Of a stretch of 64,000 nucleotides of DNA, positions 8,854 to 18,983 are shown piece after piece (positions within the stretch are counted from its first letter, which is position 1; each line of letters begins with the position of its first letter). Where the stretch lies: the IMG/VR virus record IMGVR_UViG_3300035696_000032; one strand, written 5' to 3'. The notes under the pieces were generated by a model. The model was not told the DNA's origin and did no database searches. It saw nothing but the letters and a program-made list of their open reading frames with translations. Both the position numbers and the translations under genes were made by a program. The stretch is from an uncultured virus (IMG/VR IMGVR_UViG_3300035696_000032). Taxonomy: Duplodnaviria > Heunggongvirae > Uroviricota > Caudoviricetes.

Positions 8854-10464
8854 ATGGCGATTGAAGAGCCGAAATGGAAGCAGTGGTTCCAGGAGGTCCT
8901 GGACTCCACGGGCGGAACCATCGGCGGCACCGCGCTCAGCGACGCGGTGATGCAGAAGTACCAGGCCGATACCGGGTCCACCGTTGCAAGAGGAACGGTC
9001 GACTACTGGCGGTCGAGGCTCCTAGAGAGCCAGATGGTCGGAGGCACGCGTCGCTACTTCTTCCGTGGAGCCGGTGCAGTCCCTGCCACGGCCCCGTCCG
9101 CACAGACGACCACGCCGACGGTTGCGGTACAATCCCCGCCCGCGGGCCCCGAACCGGTGGCCGAGCAGACAGTTCAGGCCGAGAAGGCCGGCCCCGTCCA
9201 GGCGCCGCCGCAGGCCCCGCCCGAGCCCGAGCCGGTCCCGGACGTCCCTCCCTCCCCTCCGCTGACGCCGGAGGAGGTCGACTTCGTTCTGCCCGAAGGC
9301 GTCCGGATTGAGGAGGTCAAGAAGTACAACGGCGACGATACGCTGTTCGAGGGCTCGTACTGGATGCCCCGCGACGTCGGGAGCGACGCCTACTCCCAAA
9401 AGTGGACCGTCATCTGGAAGGCCGACCCGCGGAAGAAGGCCCATCCTTACGGCGACACCTGGGACGTCCTCATCCCGACCGAGGTGGCGACCAAGCAGTA
9501 CACCCCTCAGTTGATTGGTACCCCCTCGCCCATCGACCCGAAGGTCGGCACGGACGTGTGGCTGCTCCAGCAGATGTTCGAGCCGAAGCAGGAGCCGGGG
9601 CACCCGTTCACCGAAGGCCCCGGTCCGGTCCTGATGATGGGCCACTCGGGAACCGGGAAGACGCACTCGGTCTTCGCCGCCCTGGGCGACCCCAAGCTGG
9701 ACGCGAACAAGCGTGCGATGAACGGCGCGCGGCCCTGGGAGGCCCCTCGTGTCTACCGTGCCATCATGTCTTCGATGACGCCCGAGCAAATCATCGGGCA
9801 GTGGATTCCGAACGAGAACGCCTCGCCGGACAAGACGGGCAAGGTCCCGGCGTTCGTGTGGGTCGACGGCGTGCTGACGAAGATGGTCCGGTACGGCGGC
9901 ACGTTTATCGCGGACGAATTGAACATGACGTCGGCGGACGTCCTGGCCGCGGTCAACTCCCTCCTCGATGACCAGCACTTCCTCACGCTCACGCAGCGCA
10001 ACGGCGAAATCGTGCCGGCCCACCCAAAGTTCTGGTTCATCGGCGCGGGCAACCCGGTCGGCCCTGGCTACATCGCCGTCAAGCCGCTGAACATCGCGCT
10101 GCGGTCCCGGTTCTCGATGGTCTTCTGGTACATCTGGAACACCAAGTACGAGGAGAAGACCTACCCGCCCCACGAGATGATTGGGCAAATCCGCAACGAG
10201 TGGGTCCACCGGATGTTCGGCGACCTTCGCACCGCTTTCCTCCCCGGCCGCGTCCACTACCCCGTCTCGTCGCGCGACATGGGCCACTTCTTCAAACTCC
10301 TGAAGCTCGGCGACCGAACCGGCGCCGGCCCCTCGCCCGCGTTCATCTCCCTGGTCTACCTGTTCGAGACCATCAAGGAGCGCAACCTCGTCAAGGGCAT
10401 CATCTCGAACATCATCCCCGCGAACATCAACATCCAGTGGCCTTCGGAGTCCACGGAGGAGTAA
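8854..10464 (+). CDS. MoxR/CobS-like AAA+ ATPase
   Basis: Walker A GHSGTGKT, Walker B FIADELN, sensor AGNP, Arg finger LRSRF. Confidence 0.9.
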   Translation: MAIEEPKWKQWFQEVLDSTGGTIGGTALSDAVMQKYQADTGSTVARGTVDYWRSRLLESQMVGGTRRYFFRGAGAVPATAPSAQTTTPTVAVQSPPAGPEPVAEQTVQAEKAGPVQAPPQAPPEPEPVPDVPPSPPLTPEEVDFVLPEGVRIEEVKKYNGDDTLFEGSYWMPRDVGSDAYSQKWTVIWKADPRKKAHPYGDTWDVLIPTEVATKQYTPQLIGTPSPIDPKVGTDVWLLQQMFEPKQEPGHPFTEGPGPVLMMGHSGTGKTHSVFAALGDPKLDANKRAMNGARPWEAPRVYRAIMSSMTPEQIIGQWIPNENASPDKTGKVPAFVWVDGVLTKMVRYGGTFIADELNMTSADVLAAVNSLLDDQHFLTLTQRNGEIVPAHPKFWFIGAGNPVGPGYIAVKPLNIALRSRFSMVFWYIWNTKYEEKTYPPHEMIGQIRNEWVHRMFGDLRTAFLPGRVHYPVSSRDMGHFFKLLKLGDRTGAGPSPAFISLVYLFETIKERNLVKGIISNIIPANINIQWPSESTEE

Positions 10465-13064
10465 TGGCCCTGTCCGGGTCCGCGGCCCGGACCGTGATGC
10501 CCACGACCTCGGCCGGGCGGGTCGTCGCCGTCGCGCATCAAGTCCGCACCGACCTGGACGGGCTGCCGATGCTCCAGCACCGTCTCCAAATCGTCGCGCG
10601 CGCGCTCGGGGAGTTGGCGTTCATCATCTCGGGCCAGCAAATCCCGATGTCGCTCAAGGTCGAGCCGGAGCACGCGGACCAGCTCGCCTACACGAAGACC
10701 GAGGGGGACCGGTCGCGCGTCTTCATCAACGGCAACGAGGTCATCGCGCGGAACATCAGCGCCGATTCCTCGGGGCACGCCGTTCCCGACACCTCGGGCA
10801 TCTGGAAGATGATGGGCGGGCTCGTCTACCACGAGATGGGCCACATCATGCTCACCCCACGGTGGGTGGACGACTTCCCGGCCGCAGCCCTGGCGCTGCG
10901 CGACAACCTGGTGTCGCTGCGGACCTACCTCGAAAGCATCGCGCCGAGTGACGCGATGGAGTTCGTCTTCCTCTACTACATGATGGCCTCCTACCTGGAC
11001 GCGAGCGTCATCGACGAGGAGACGCGGAAGGCCCTTCAGCTTCAGCCCGTCATGGCGCGCCTGTCCGGACGGATGGAGGAAATCATCCACCCCTGGCTGA
11101 CGGAGCGGCTCGACTACGTGCCCGGTCCGGAGCGACTCGGAGCCGTGGAGGACTTCATCAACACGTTCGGAACCTCGCCGGAGATGGTCAAGAAGGTCGA
11201 GGACCTGGAGAAGCAAGTCGAGAAGATTCAGGCCGAGATGGACCAGAAGCAGGCGCAACTGAACACGTTCGTCGCCGCCGAGAAAGCGAAGTACGACAAG
11301 ATTCAGGCCGACATGGACAAGAAGGGCGTCTCGAAGCGCGTCGCCCGGCGCCACAGCACTCAGGAGGTCACCCTCAAGGCCGACGTGGACCTCGCCGCCC
11401 GACGCATCGTATCGCTCAACAACGAACTGAGCCAGGTCCGTTCCGACGCGGGTCACGGCGGTCAGATGGTCGAGGCGCTGAACAACGCGCGGACGCTGAA
11501 GCAGGTCAAGGGCGAGGAGTACGAGCAGCAGTCCGAGCGGGACATCATGGAGTTGTTCCAGGAGATGATGGTCAACGTCATGCGGTACGACCGGTCGAGG
11601 CCCAGCGAGGGCTGCGTGGTAAGGTACCAGCCCGCCACCACCCTGCCCCACGAGGCGGCGAAGGAGCGCATCGTCGCGCTCTTCAACGAGGTGCTGCCGA
11701 CGATGACGCTGCCCCCGAAGGTCGGCGCGGCGCAGGTCGCCAAGAACTTCGAGACGCTGCTCGAACGCGCCATCGGCGTCGCGGAGAGCCAGAGCCAGAG
11801 CGACACGGCGGGGAACAACTGGGTCATGCTCGTGCAGTCCGAGGCTCCGAACGGTAACTCGGTGATGATGCAGTTCGCCATGCAGCGCAATCTCATCGAG
11901 GACCAGCGGCTCGAAACGCAGCTATCGCAGATGCGCGCCGGGCTGCCGCGGTGGTTCACCTACAACGTGGCGAAGGTCTTCGACCCGAACTTCCGCTACG
12001 GCCTCACCGCGGGGCGCTTCTTCCTCGACCCGAAAGAGTTGAGCACGGACCAGGAGACGACCCGTGCGACGGGCCGGTCGGACGCGACGAAGCCGCCCAT
12101 CGAGGGGATGCTGGAGTGGATGGGCCCCATCGCCGCCGTCTACGTTCCGCTGACGTCCCCTCGCGGCAAGGACGAGCCGAACGACGTCGCCCTCATGGGC
12201 CACATCCAGGCGTTCTCCTACCTCGTGGAGCGCATCTTTTGGCCGACCGAGAGGGACCTGCTCGCGCCGCTCACGTCGGGCATCGAACCCGGCGACATCA
12301 TCAAAATCGACGCGCCCGTGCCGACGGGCGTCCATCACGCGAGCGACAAAGAGGCGGCCACCAAGGGCGCGAAAGAGCGCGCGCAGAAGATTGTGAAGGT
12401 CCAAATGGAGGAAAGCCCGGACCCGTTCGACGCGCAGCGGAAGGTCCTGGCCGGCCTCCTCGATGGCATGGCGCGGTGGGTACGCCGCCGCGCCGCGGTC
12501 CACTCCGTGATGGACGACCTGAACCTGCCACCGGTCGAGTTGCCCGAAACCAAGCCGCTTACCAAACCGCTCAAGCTGCCACAGGCCCCCGCCCCGCCTC
12601 CGCCCGTCGCGGTAGCTCCACCGACCGCGCCCGGCGGGCCCACCCCCTCGGGACCGGTCGCCCCCGTACCCGTGGCCCAGGCCCCGGTGATGCTTCCGGG
12701 CGTGCCGACGCTCGGCCCGAACTCCCCGCCGGCTCGGACCCTGCCGACCAACAAGCAGGCATCCAAGGACCTGGAACTTAAGGTGCTGGCGATTCCCGGG
12801 AATCAGCGTGTCCTCGTCACTGTGAACGCTGGGGCAGATGCCCCGGACAAGGGGACGACGGGGCACGTCAACATCACAGGCGCCGGAATCTCGCGCGGAG
12901 TTGACTTCTCGCTGAAGCCGGTGACCCAGAACACGTTCTACCCCATCACCGTGGACATCTACGACCTGCCGAAGGGCACGAAGTTCGAAGTCGACGTGTG
13001 GGCCACAGCCCCGGGCTACAGCCCCGGGCCCGTCAAGCACATGGAGGTGACGACCTTCTCGTGA
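10464..13064 (+). CDS. CobT-like/VWA-associated zincin metallopeptidase-domain protein
   Basis: HEMGH (HExxH) and distal NLIEDQRLE, separated by a long coiled-coil insert; follows the MoxR ATPase. Confidence 0.75.
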   Translation: MALSGSAARTVMPTTSAGRVVAVAHQVRTDLDGLPMLQHRLQIVARALGELAFIISGQQIPMSLKVEPEHADQLAYTKTEGDRSRVFINGNEVIARNISADSSGHAVPDTSGIWKMMGGLVYHEMGHIMLTPRWVDDFPAAALALRDNLVSLRTYLESIAPSDAMEFVFLYYMMASYLDASVIDEETRKALQLQPVMARLSGRMEEIIHPWLTERLDYVPGPERLGAVEDFINTFGTSPEMVKKVEDLEKQVEKIQAEMDQKQAQLNTFVAAEKAKYDKIQADMDKKGVSKRVARRHSTQEVTLKADVDLAARRIVSLNNELSQVRSDAGHGGQMVEALNNARTLKQVKGEEYEQQSERDIMELFQEMMVNVMRYDRSRPSEGCVVRYQPATTLPHEAAKERIVALFNEVLPTMTLPPKVGAAQVAKNFETLLERAIGVAESQSQSDTAGNNWVMLVQSEAPNGNSVMMQFAMQRNLIEDQRLETQLSQMRAGLPRWFTYNVAKVFDPNFRYGLTAGRFFLDPKELSTDQETTRATGRSDATKPPIEGMLEWMGPIAAVYVPLTSPRGKDEPNDVALMGHIQAFSYLVERIFWPTERDLLAPLTSGIEPGDIIKIDAPVPTGVHHASDKEAATKGAKERAQKIVKVQMEESPDPFDAQRKVLAGLLDGMARWVRRRAAVHSVMDDLNLPPVELPETKPLTKPLKLPQAPAPPPPVAVAPPTAPGGPTPSGPVAPVPVAQAPVMLPGVPTLGPNSPPARTLPTNKQASKDLELKVLAIPGNQRVLVTVNAGADAPDKGTTGHVNITGAGISRGVDFSLKPVTQNTFYPITVDIYDLPKGTKFEVDVWATAPGYSPGPVKHMEVTTFS

Positions 13065-14092
13065 CTCCCGCGACCGATGTCATGTCGCCCCGACGGCGGA
13101 AGGGCAAGAAGATGCGGGTCGCGCGCCGGGCCACACTGCCCGGCGCTCCTGCCGTGCCTACGACCCCGACTGGCGAGGAGACCGTTCCGTTCCCACTCTC
13201 CGACGAGGAGTTGGCGGAGATGGCGGCTGGCATCGGCGACCTGTTCGCCGAGCAGACCCCATTCGAGCGTGAGGTCGCGCTGGAACTGATGAAGGCGCAG
13301 GCTTCCGGGGTTCAGCCGAAGAAGCCGGCCCCAGGGGAGGAGGCCCCAGAGAAGCCCTCCGTCATCGACAACCTCAACGAGGCGCAGGGCCAGCTCGCCG
13401 CGCTCGCGCAGGGCAAGGGCTTGCACCCCATCAAGGCCATCGACGACTTCGTCCCGATTCTGGAGGAGATGATGCGCGAGAGCCCCGCTTTCGCCGCGTC
13501 CTTCCCCGCAACGCTGAAGGCCCTCCTCGTCACGAACGACGTAATCGGCCTATGGGCCTCGGCGAACTCTACGAACGACCCGCGGTACGCGGACGCGCTA
13601 AAGGACGAGGAGGACCCCGTCGGGCACCTCTTGGAAACGGCGATGAAACTCTTCCCGCCCAAGGACCCCGAGGGCATGGAAGCGGTCGTAATCGCGTGCC
13701 GGAACGCGACGCTCGACCTGTGGCCGAAGGTCGATGCACTTCCCATCAAGGAAAAGGCCATCATCGCGGCCACGCTTCTCGGTCTCGCGGGCGACCGCCC
13801 GACCCAGAAGCCGAGCGAGCAGAAGGTTCGGGACCTGATGAAAAGCATGGAGGAGCAACTCGGTAAGTACCGCTACTCGGTGATGATGACCGAGGGGACG
13901 TACATGAGCCTCCAGAAGCTCCGCGAGGTCCTCACGCGGTGGCAGTTGGAGAAGCAGGAGACCGAAGCCGCCGGCAACATCTGGAAGCCCCCGACCATCA
14001 AGAAGCTGCTCGACTTTCACGGCAAGCCGACCGGCCTGTGGCAGGTCGTGGATGAACCGCAGGTCATCCCGAAGGGAGGGAAGACACCGTAG
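13061..14092 (+). CDS. Hypothetical helical protein in the MoxR-VWA operon
   Basis: GTGA coupling; long open frame. Confidence 0.7.
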   Translation: MTPATDVMSPRRRKGKKMRVARRATLPGAPAVPTTPTGEETVPFPLSDEELAEMAAGIGDLFAEQTPFEREVALELMKAQASGVQPKKPAPGEEAPEKPSVIDNLNEAQGQLAALAQGKGLHPIKAIDDFVPILEEMMRESPAFAASFPATLKALLVTNDVIGLWASANSTNDPRYADALKDEEDPVGHLLETAMKLFPPKDPEGMEAVVIACRNATLDLWPKVDALPIKEKAIIAATLLGLAGDRPTQKPSEQKVRDLMKSMEEQLGKYRYSVMMTEGTYMSLQKLREVLTRWQLEKQETEAAGNIWKPPTIKKLLDFHGKPTGLWQVVDEPQVIPKGGKTP

Positions 14093-14093
14093 C

Positions 14094-16199
14094 ATGGTGA
14101 CCAAGGACCCCGTCGCTCGGTCATCCGCGGTCGAGATGACCAAAGCCATCAGCGAAGCCCGCCAGGAACTCGCGGCCGTCCGCGGCAAAGTGCGGAAGGA
14201 GCAGAGCGAGCAGGCCGCCATCATGCACGACCTGGGCGTGAAGGGCAAGGCGGAGCGGGTCACCGAGAAGCCCCCGGTGGGCGCTGAGGGCGAGAGCGAG
14301 GGCGAAGGTCCGATTCCCCCGCCCGACTTCCCCATCGAGGAATGGGAACCCCCGAAGCCCGAAGGCATCGAAGGGGAGAGCGAGGCCGAAAGCGAGGCCG
14401 AGGCAGAAGCGGAGGCGGAGGCAGAAGCGGAAGCCGAGGCCGAATCCGAGAGCGAGGCTGAGTCCGAGGCCGAGAGCGAAGCCGAGTCCGAGTCCGAGGC
14501 CGAGGCTGAGGGAGAGGGCGGCGAGGGCGAAGGGGAAGGCGAGGGCGAGGGCGAAGGGGAAGGCGAGGGCGAAGGCGAGGGCGAAGGGGAAGGCGAGGGC
14601 GAAGGCGAGGGCGAGGGCGAAGGCGAAGGGGAAGGCGAGGGAGAGGCAGAGGCCGAGTCCGAAGGGGAGGCAGAGGCCGAGGCCGAAGCGGAAGCCGAGG
14701 CCGAAGCGGAGGCGGAAGCCGAGGCCGAAGCTGAATCAGAGGCCGAGGCGGAAGCAGAGGCCGAGTCCGAAGCGGAGGCTGAAGCTGAGGCGGAGGCCGA
14801 GTCCGAAGCGGAGGCGGAAGCCGAGGGCGAGGGAGAGCCGCCTGGCCACGACATCCGGCGGCACAAGGGCAGGGGAGGTCAGGGGCGGAGCGGCGGCGGA
14901 AAAGGACCCAGTCGGTCAGGCGCCGGAGGCGGCGTCAAACCGACCGGCAAAGCCCCTCTCGGCGGTACGACGACCGTGGAGTCCGAGGTATGGGTATCGG
15001 ACGACGCGGTCCTTTCCCCGCTGCCCGACATCATCGCCGAGGTCGAGGCCCAATTCGGCGGCCCCAGCGATACCTGCTCAACGGCCTCGCAGTTGGGGAT
15101 TTGGCTACCCGCGCCCCCGTACTGGGACACCCACCGCCAGGAGATGGCCCGAATCCTCAACGAGGCGCTTGGTCGTCTCGCGCCCCAGGAAATCCCACGG
15201 CAGTTGTCCGGATTCCTCGACCTGCCTCGGGCCATGACCTGGGACCGGGGAAACACCCGCATCTGGAAGCGCGCCATCCCCGACCTCCGGCTCGAAGCCG
15301 GCGTGTTCGTCATCATCTCCTCCGACCTGAGCGGCTCGATGCAAAGGCCGGACGTGGGCGCCGGCGACCCCGTGGTCATGGACTACCATCCCGCCGGCAT
15401 CGACCCACAACTCGTCTCGCGCGGAGGCCGCGATTGGAGCCAACTCGGCGCTGCCCTGCGCGCCATCGGAGAGGTCGTCGAGCCGACGTGGATGGAGGGA
15501 ACCCGACGCGGCACGGCGGGGGACGACGACATCGGACAGGGCTACGCGAGCTTCTACACGGTCAACAGCCAGAGCCGACGTGAAATCCCGGCCTACGTCT
15601 CCCGCGTCCACGCGACGGCCGGGATGTCGTACGTCGTGGGCCAGGCGCTCGCGGACGTCGGCTCCGAGGTCGAACTGATTTGGTGGGGAATCGGCGACCG
15701 CAACTGGTACAACGTGGTCAAGGACCACCAGACCGTCAAGGAGAGTCAGATGTACTACCCGCTGGACATGCACTTCGGCGGCACCGGCCCGTGGCAGCCT
15801 GCCGCGTTCGCGCTCAAGCAGTTCAAGGAATCCCCGGCCCCCGGCAAGCTCTACGTCACCATCACGGACGCGGCCTGGTCCGACGTCAAGACGGACGAGA
15901 ACACGCAGAAGTACGTCGCGGCTGTCAAGGAGATGAGCAACAGCGGCGTGACGACGCTCCTGTTGGTCGTCGGCCAGGAGATGTCGGGCACCATCAAGGC
16001 GCTGAAGGAGAACAAGGAACTCGACAACTACCGGCGCGAGGATGGGTCCTACATGACCATCGACGACTTCATCCTGGGTCACGACTACGCCGCCGCGGGC
16101 AGCACGGTCGAGGCGCTCATGGAGGCCGTCCCGGACCTCATCATCGAACTCCAACGCGACCTCGTGGAGAAGGCCCTCCGCAACACGGGCATCACGTAG
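14094..16199 (+). CDS. VWA (MIDAS) protein with long acidic EG/EA tract
   Basis: IISSDLSGSM (DxSxS), GGT, VTITDA; about 150 aa of (E-G/A/S)n. Confidence 0.85.
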   Translation: MVTKDPVARSSAVEMTKAISEARQELAAVRGKVRKEQSEQAAIMHDLGVKGKAERVTEKPPVGAEGESEGEGPIPPPDFPIEEWEPPKPEGIEGESEAESEAEAEAEAEAEAEAEAESESEAESEAESEAESESEAEAEGEGGEGEGEGEGEGEGEGEGEGEGEGEGEGEGEGEGEGEGEGEGEAEAESEGEAEAEAEAEAEAEAEAEAEAEAESEAEAEAEAESEAEAEAEAEAESEAEAEAEGEGEPPGHDIRRHKGRGGQGRSGGGKGPSRSGAGGGVKPTGKAPLGGTTTVESEVWVSDDAVLSPLPDIIAEVEAQFGGPSDTCSTASQLGIWLPAPPYWDTHRQEMARILNEALGRLAPQEIPRQLSGFLDLPRAMTWDRGNTRIWKRAIPDLRLEAGVFVIISSDLSGSMQRPDVGAGDPVVMDYHPAGIDPQLVSRGGRDWSQLGAALRAIGEVVEPTWMEGTRRGTAGDDDIGQGYASFYTVNSQSRREIPAYVSRVHATAGMSYVVGQALADVGSEVELIWWGIGDRNWYNVVKDHQTVKESQMYYPLDMHFGGTGPWQPAAFALKQFKESPAPGKLYVTITDAAWSDVKTDENTQKYVAAVKEMSNSGVTTLLLVVGQEMSGTIKALKENKELDNYRREDGSYMTIDDFILGHDYAAAGSTVEALMEAVPDLIIELQRDLVEKALRNTGIT
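14370..14838 (+). repeat. Coding hexanucleotide-period repeat encoding (EA/EG/ES)n
   Basis: GAGGGC/GAGGCC/GAAGCG arrays with synonymous variation. Confidence 0.9.
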
Positions 16200-16204
16200 C
16201 CGGC

Positions 16205-16233
16205 TGAGGTCTCAAATAGCCTGGGCCGGGTGG
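16205..16233 (+). promoter_or_regulatory. Class L promoter motif
   Basis: AGGTCTCAAATA-N7-CCGGGTGG upstream of ATG 16242. Confidence 0.7.
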
Positions 16234-16241
16234 TCCCAGGG

Positions 16242-16799
16242 ATGACCATCGGTCACATGCCCTCTCCCCGGACGGGTTTCAGTTCCATCAAGAACGGCCG
16301 GGTCGTCCGCTACATCTTCTACGACAAGACCTCGGACGTCGAGAAGGCCGCCAAGGTCCTGGAGTCGCGGGGCCTGCGCGTCGCGGACCAGGGTCCCAAC
16401 TTCGTCTCTTACTACGGAACCCCGTCGAAGCGCGAGGAGAGGATGCTCGCGCGTCACGAGGACGTGACCCAGTACAACCCGCACTACCGTCAAATCGCCA
16501 CTGCCTCCTTCCGCCGCAAGTTCGAGTCCTGTGTAATGCAGGTCAAGCGGTCGGGCAGCCCGGTGAATCCCTGGGCGGTCTGCACGACCACGCTCAAAGG
16601 CTACCCGAAGCGGAACCCGGGCGGGCCGACGATATACCTCGTGGTGTTCCAGGGCTTGGCCTCCAAGGTCTTCCGAAACCGGGCGTTCCGTTCGGAGCGG
16701 TTGGCAAAGGAGGCGGCGGACCGGGCAAGGAACAAGCGGTGGAACCTCTTCTCGACGGGCGCCAGCCGCGTGCAGGTCATCCCGATGGTATTGGAGTAG
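16242..16799 (+). CDS. Basic modular protein with internal NP motifs
   Basis: QYNP, VNP, KRNP; KFESCVMQVK...NPWAVC module. Confidence 0.7.
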   Translation: MTIGHMPSPRTGFSSIKNGRVVRYIFYDKTSDVEKAAKVLESRGLRVADQGPNFVSYYGTPSKREERMLARHEDVTQYNPHYRQIATASFRRKFESCVMQVKRSGSPVNPWAVCTTTLKGYPKRNPGGPTIYLVVFQGLASKVFRNRAFRSERLAKEAADRARNKRWNLFSTGASRVQVIPMVLE

Positions 16800-16801
16800 A
16801 C

Positions 16802-17200
16802 ATGAAACTGGTACGAGTGCGACGGAAGGACGGGAGTCGCTATCTGGCCGAGGTCATCGGGCCGAATCCGCGGACGAGCGTCCGCGAGCCGAGCCTTCAG
16901 CAGCGGCTGATGGCGCTGAAGCGGGCCGGGGTCAAGGAGTACAAGGCGGACCTCCGATTCAACCCGCGGATGTCCATGAAGGGGTACGCGCGCGGGTTCA
17001 AGGTTCCCCCGGAGTACCTGGCGGCATGGCGCCGGACGCCACAGGCAATCAGGAAGGCGCTTCGTGAGATGTTCCTGCTCCGTCAGTCGCTCCTGGAAAG
17101 GGACCTTCCGTCCGATGTCAGGGACGAGATTCTGGAGGGGATGACGCGAGCGCGGCTGGCGCTGAAAGCGTACTACAAGATAGGAGGGGTCAGCGCGTGA
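16802..17200 (+). CDS. Leader-tagged protein 5
   Basis: MKLVRVRRKDGSRYLAEVIGPNP. Confidence 0.85.
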   Translation: MKLVRVRRKDGSRYLAEVIGPNPRTSVREPSLQQRLMALKRAGVKEYKADLRFNPRMSMKGYARGFKVPPEYLAAWRRTPQAIRKALREMFLLRQSLLERDLPSDVRDEILEGMTRARLALKAYYKIGGVSA

Positions 17201-17763
17201 TGAAACTCGTCCGCGTCCGCCGCAAGGACGGCACCAAGTACCTGGCGCTCCTCGTCGAGCCCAACCCGCGGCAAACGGTTCGGAAGGCGCTGCCCTATGG
17301 TCTTGTTGTCCGACGCGGCCATGTGGCGATAGGACCGGCGGAGTTTGCCCGTGCCTACTGGAACCTGAGCAACCTCGGCGACCGCCAAGAGATGGCCTCG
17401 ACTCGGGTAGCGTACGCACGGGGGGGTGCATCCTGGCATAGCAAAGAGGTGGCACGCATGGACTTCGAACGCCTCCCGGGATGGTTCAAGAAGCTCGTTC
17501 TCAAGTACGCCTACATCGCCCTCAAGGAATGGAAAGAGAACCCGCGTCACCTGAAGAACCCCATCGTCCTCCGGCGTGAAGCCGCGGGCCACCTCGACCG
17601 AGCGCGGTCGCAAATCGAGATGGCCGCGGAGGCCCTGTCCCCAGCCCGGATGGTTGTGGCGACGGGCGACCCGGAGTCGATGGAAATGGCCGGGCTCCTA
17701 CAGTACATGCGGCGGCTGGAGCGGTCGGTCGACGCCGCGGCCAGGATGCTCCGGCGCCGATGA
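17200..17763 (+). CDS. Leader-tagged protein 6
   Basis: MKLVRVRRKDGTKYLALLVEPNP. Confidence 0.85.
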   Translation: MKLVRVRRKDGTKYLALLVEPNPRQTVRKALPYGLVVRRGHVAIGPAEFARAYWNLSNLGDRQEMASTRVAYARGGASWHSKEVARMDFERLPGWFKKLVLKYAYIALKEWKENPRHLKNPIVLRREAAGHLDRARSQIEMAAEALSPARMVVATGDPESMEMAGLLQYMRRLERSVDAAARMLRRR

Positions 17764-18527
17764 AGCTCGTCCGCATCCGACGAAAGGATGGGTCGAGCTA
17801 CCTCGCACAGGTCGTCGGGAACCCGCTCGACCCCGATACCAAGCGCGCCTACGACGAAGCGCGCCAGGAAATCGGCCACGCTCGTGGTATGCTCATCAAA
17901 ATCGCGCACAACCGCACCATCGGCACGGTGATGGTGGGGCGAGCCCTTCGGGCACAGCTTCTTCTCCTGCGGGCCCAGGAAGCCCTTCGCTTACCCAGCG
18001 AGTACCGGCAGAATCCACGGGCCCCGACCCCGAAAGCGCCTCCCAGGGAGGTCCCCATCGTTCGGTGCGTCACAGAGGTCGACAAGGAAGCCTATCCCGA
18101 TTCGGACGAGGCGCGTGTCGCCGAGATTTGGTTGGCCGGTCAGAAAATCACCGGCGGTCACGGCTTCTGGGGTTCCACCGAGTTGTACCACCACAAGAAC
18201 CCCAAGGACATGGTTGGGGCTTGGACGGCAGGCTGCGGTCGCGCCGGTCTCTGCGACATCGACATCGTCCTCTATGGGGACTGGACCGACGGCCGCCACC
18301 TCGCCGACAGCATCGAGTACGACACCTCGCCGAGCGAGTTCGCCGACCGCGTCGAGAGGGCCGCCAAGGACCGTGGCAGGGCGTACATCGAGAAAGAGAA
18401 CGAGACGTATTTCGACCGCGATGAGGTCATCTACGCGGCCTACGTCTTCCTGCACGTAATCGACGACCTGCCGTTCCCCAGGGACAACGTGCGCCTCGTT
18501 CGGACGGCCGCGACCAGGTCCCCGTGA
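17760..18527 (+). CDS. Leader-tagged protein 7
   Basis: MKLVRIRRKDGSSYLAQVVGNP. Confidence 0.85.
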   Translation: MKLVRIRRKDGSSYLAQVVGNPLDPDTKRAYDEARQEIGHARGMLIKIAHNRTIGTVMVGRALRAQLLLLRAQEALRLPSEYRQNPRAPTPKAPPREVPIVRCVTEVDKEAYPDSDEARVAEIWLAGQKITGGHGFWGSTELYHHKNPKDMVGAWTAGCGRAGLCDIDIVLYGDWTDGRHLADSIEYDTSPSEFADRVERAAKDRGRAYIEKENETYFDRDEVIYAAYVFLHVIDDLPFPRDNVRLVRTAATRSP

Positions 18528-18572
18528 CCAACTTATTTATTTAGCCGACCGCCTTCCGTCGGGTAAGGTGCG

Positions 18573-18722
18573 ATGCCGCACTACGTGGTCCTCGACGAGC
18601 ACACGACCTGTTTCGTCTGTGGGAAGCCGATGCGGAAGGGGACCCGCGCGGTGACGGATGGCAAATCGTATTGGCACGACCGGCCCTGCGAAACGAAGTC
18701 GATGTCGGTGATACCAAGATGA
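18573..18722 (+). CDS. Small Zn-finger-like protein (49 aa; not in ORF track)
   Basis: CFVCGK...WHDRPC; AT-rich box near 18533 upstream; ATGA coupling downstream. Confidence 0.6.
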   Translation: MPHYVVLDEHTTCFVCGKPMRKGTRAVTDGKSYWHDRPCETKSMSVIPR

Positions 18723-18979
18723 CAGAGGAACTCGAAGCGTTGGCCGCGTTGGAACACGACCAGTGGATGGCATGGGCGAAGACGCTCCTCTCCAGCGAGC
18801 CCGGCATCTCGGCCGAGCGACGGAAGCGGTGGCAGTCCCTGATGGTCCCGTACAAGGACCTCCCCGAGGACCAGAAGGAGCACGACCGCAAGTGGGCGAG
18901 GAAGGCGCTCGTCGTCCTGGCGTCGACTCCTCGCGGGCGCGTCAACCCGGACGGCTCGGCCAAGACCGTAACGGTGTAG
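18719..18979 (+). CDS. RyR-domain-like protein
   Basis: LAALEHDQW...LMVPYKDLPEDQKEHDR. Confidence 0.7.
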   Translation: MTEELEALAALEHDQWMAWAKTLLSSEPGISAERRKRWQSLMVPYKDLPEDQKEHDRKWARKALVVLASTPRGRVNPDGSAKTVTV

Positions 18980-18983
18980 AACC

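Noticed and set aside
13598..14866. Minus-strand (SP/SA)n ORF
   Set aside because: Antisense of the EG/EA tract; the plus-strand frame carries the VWA motifs.
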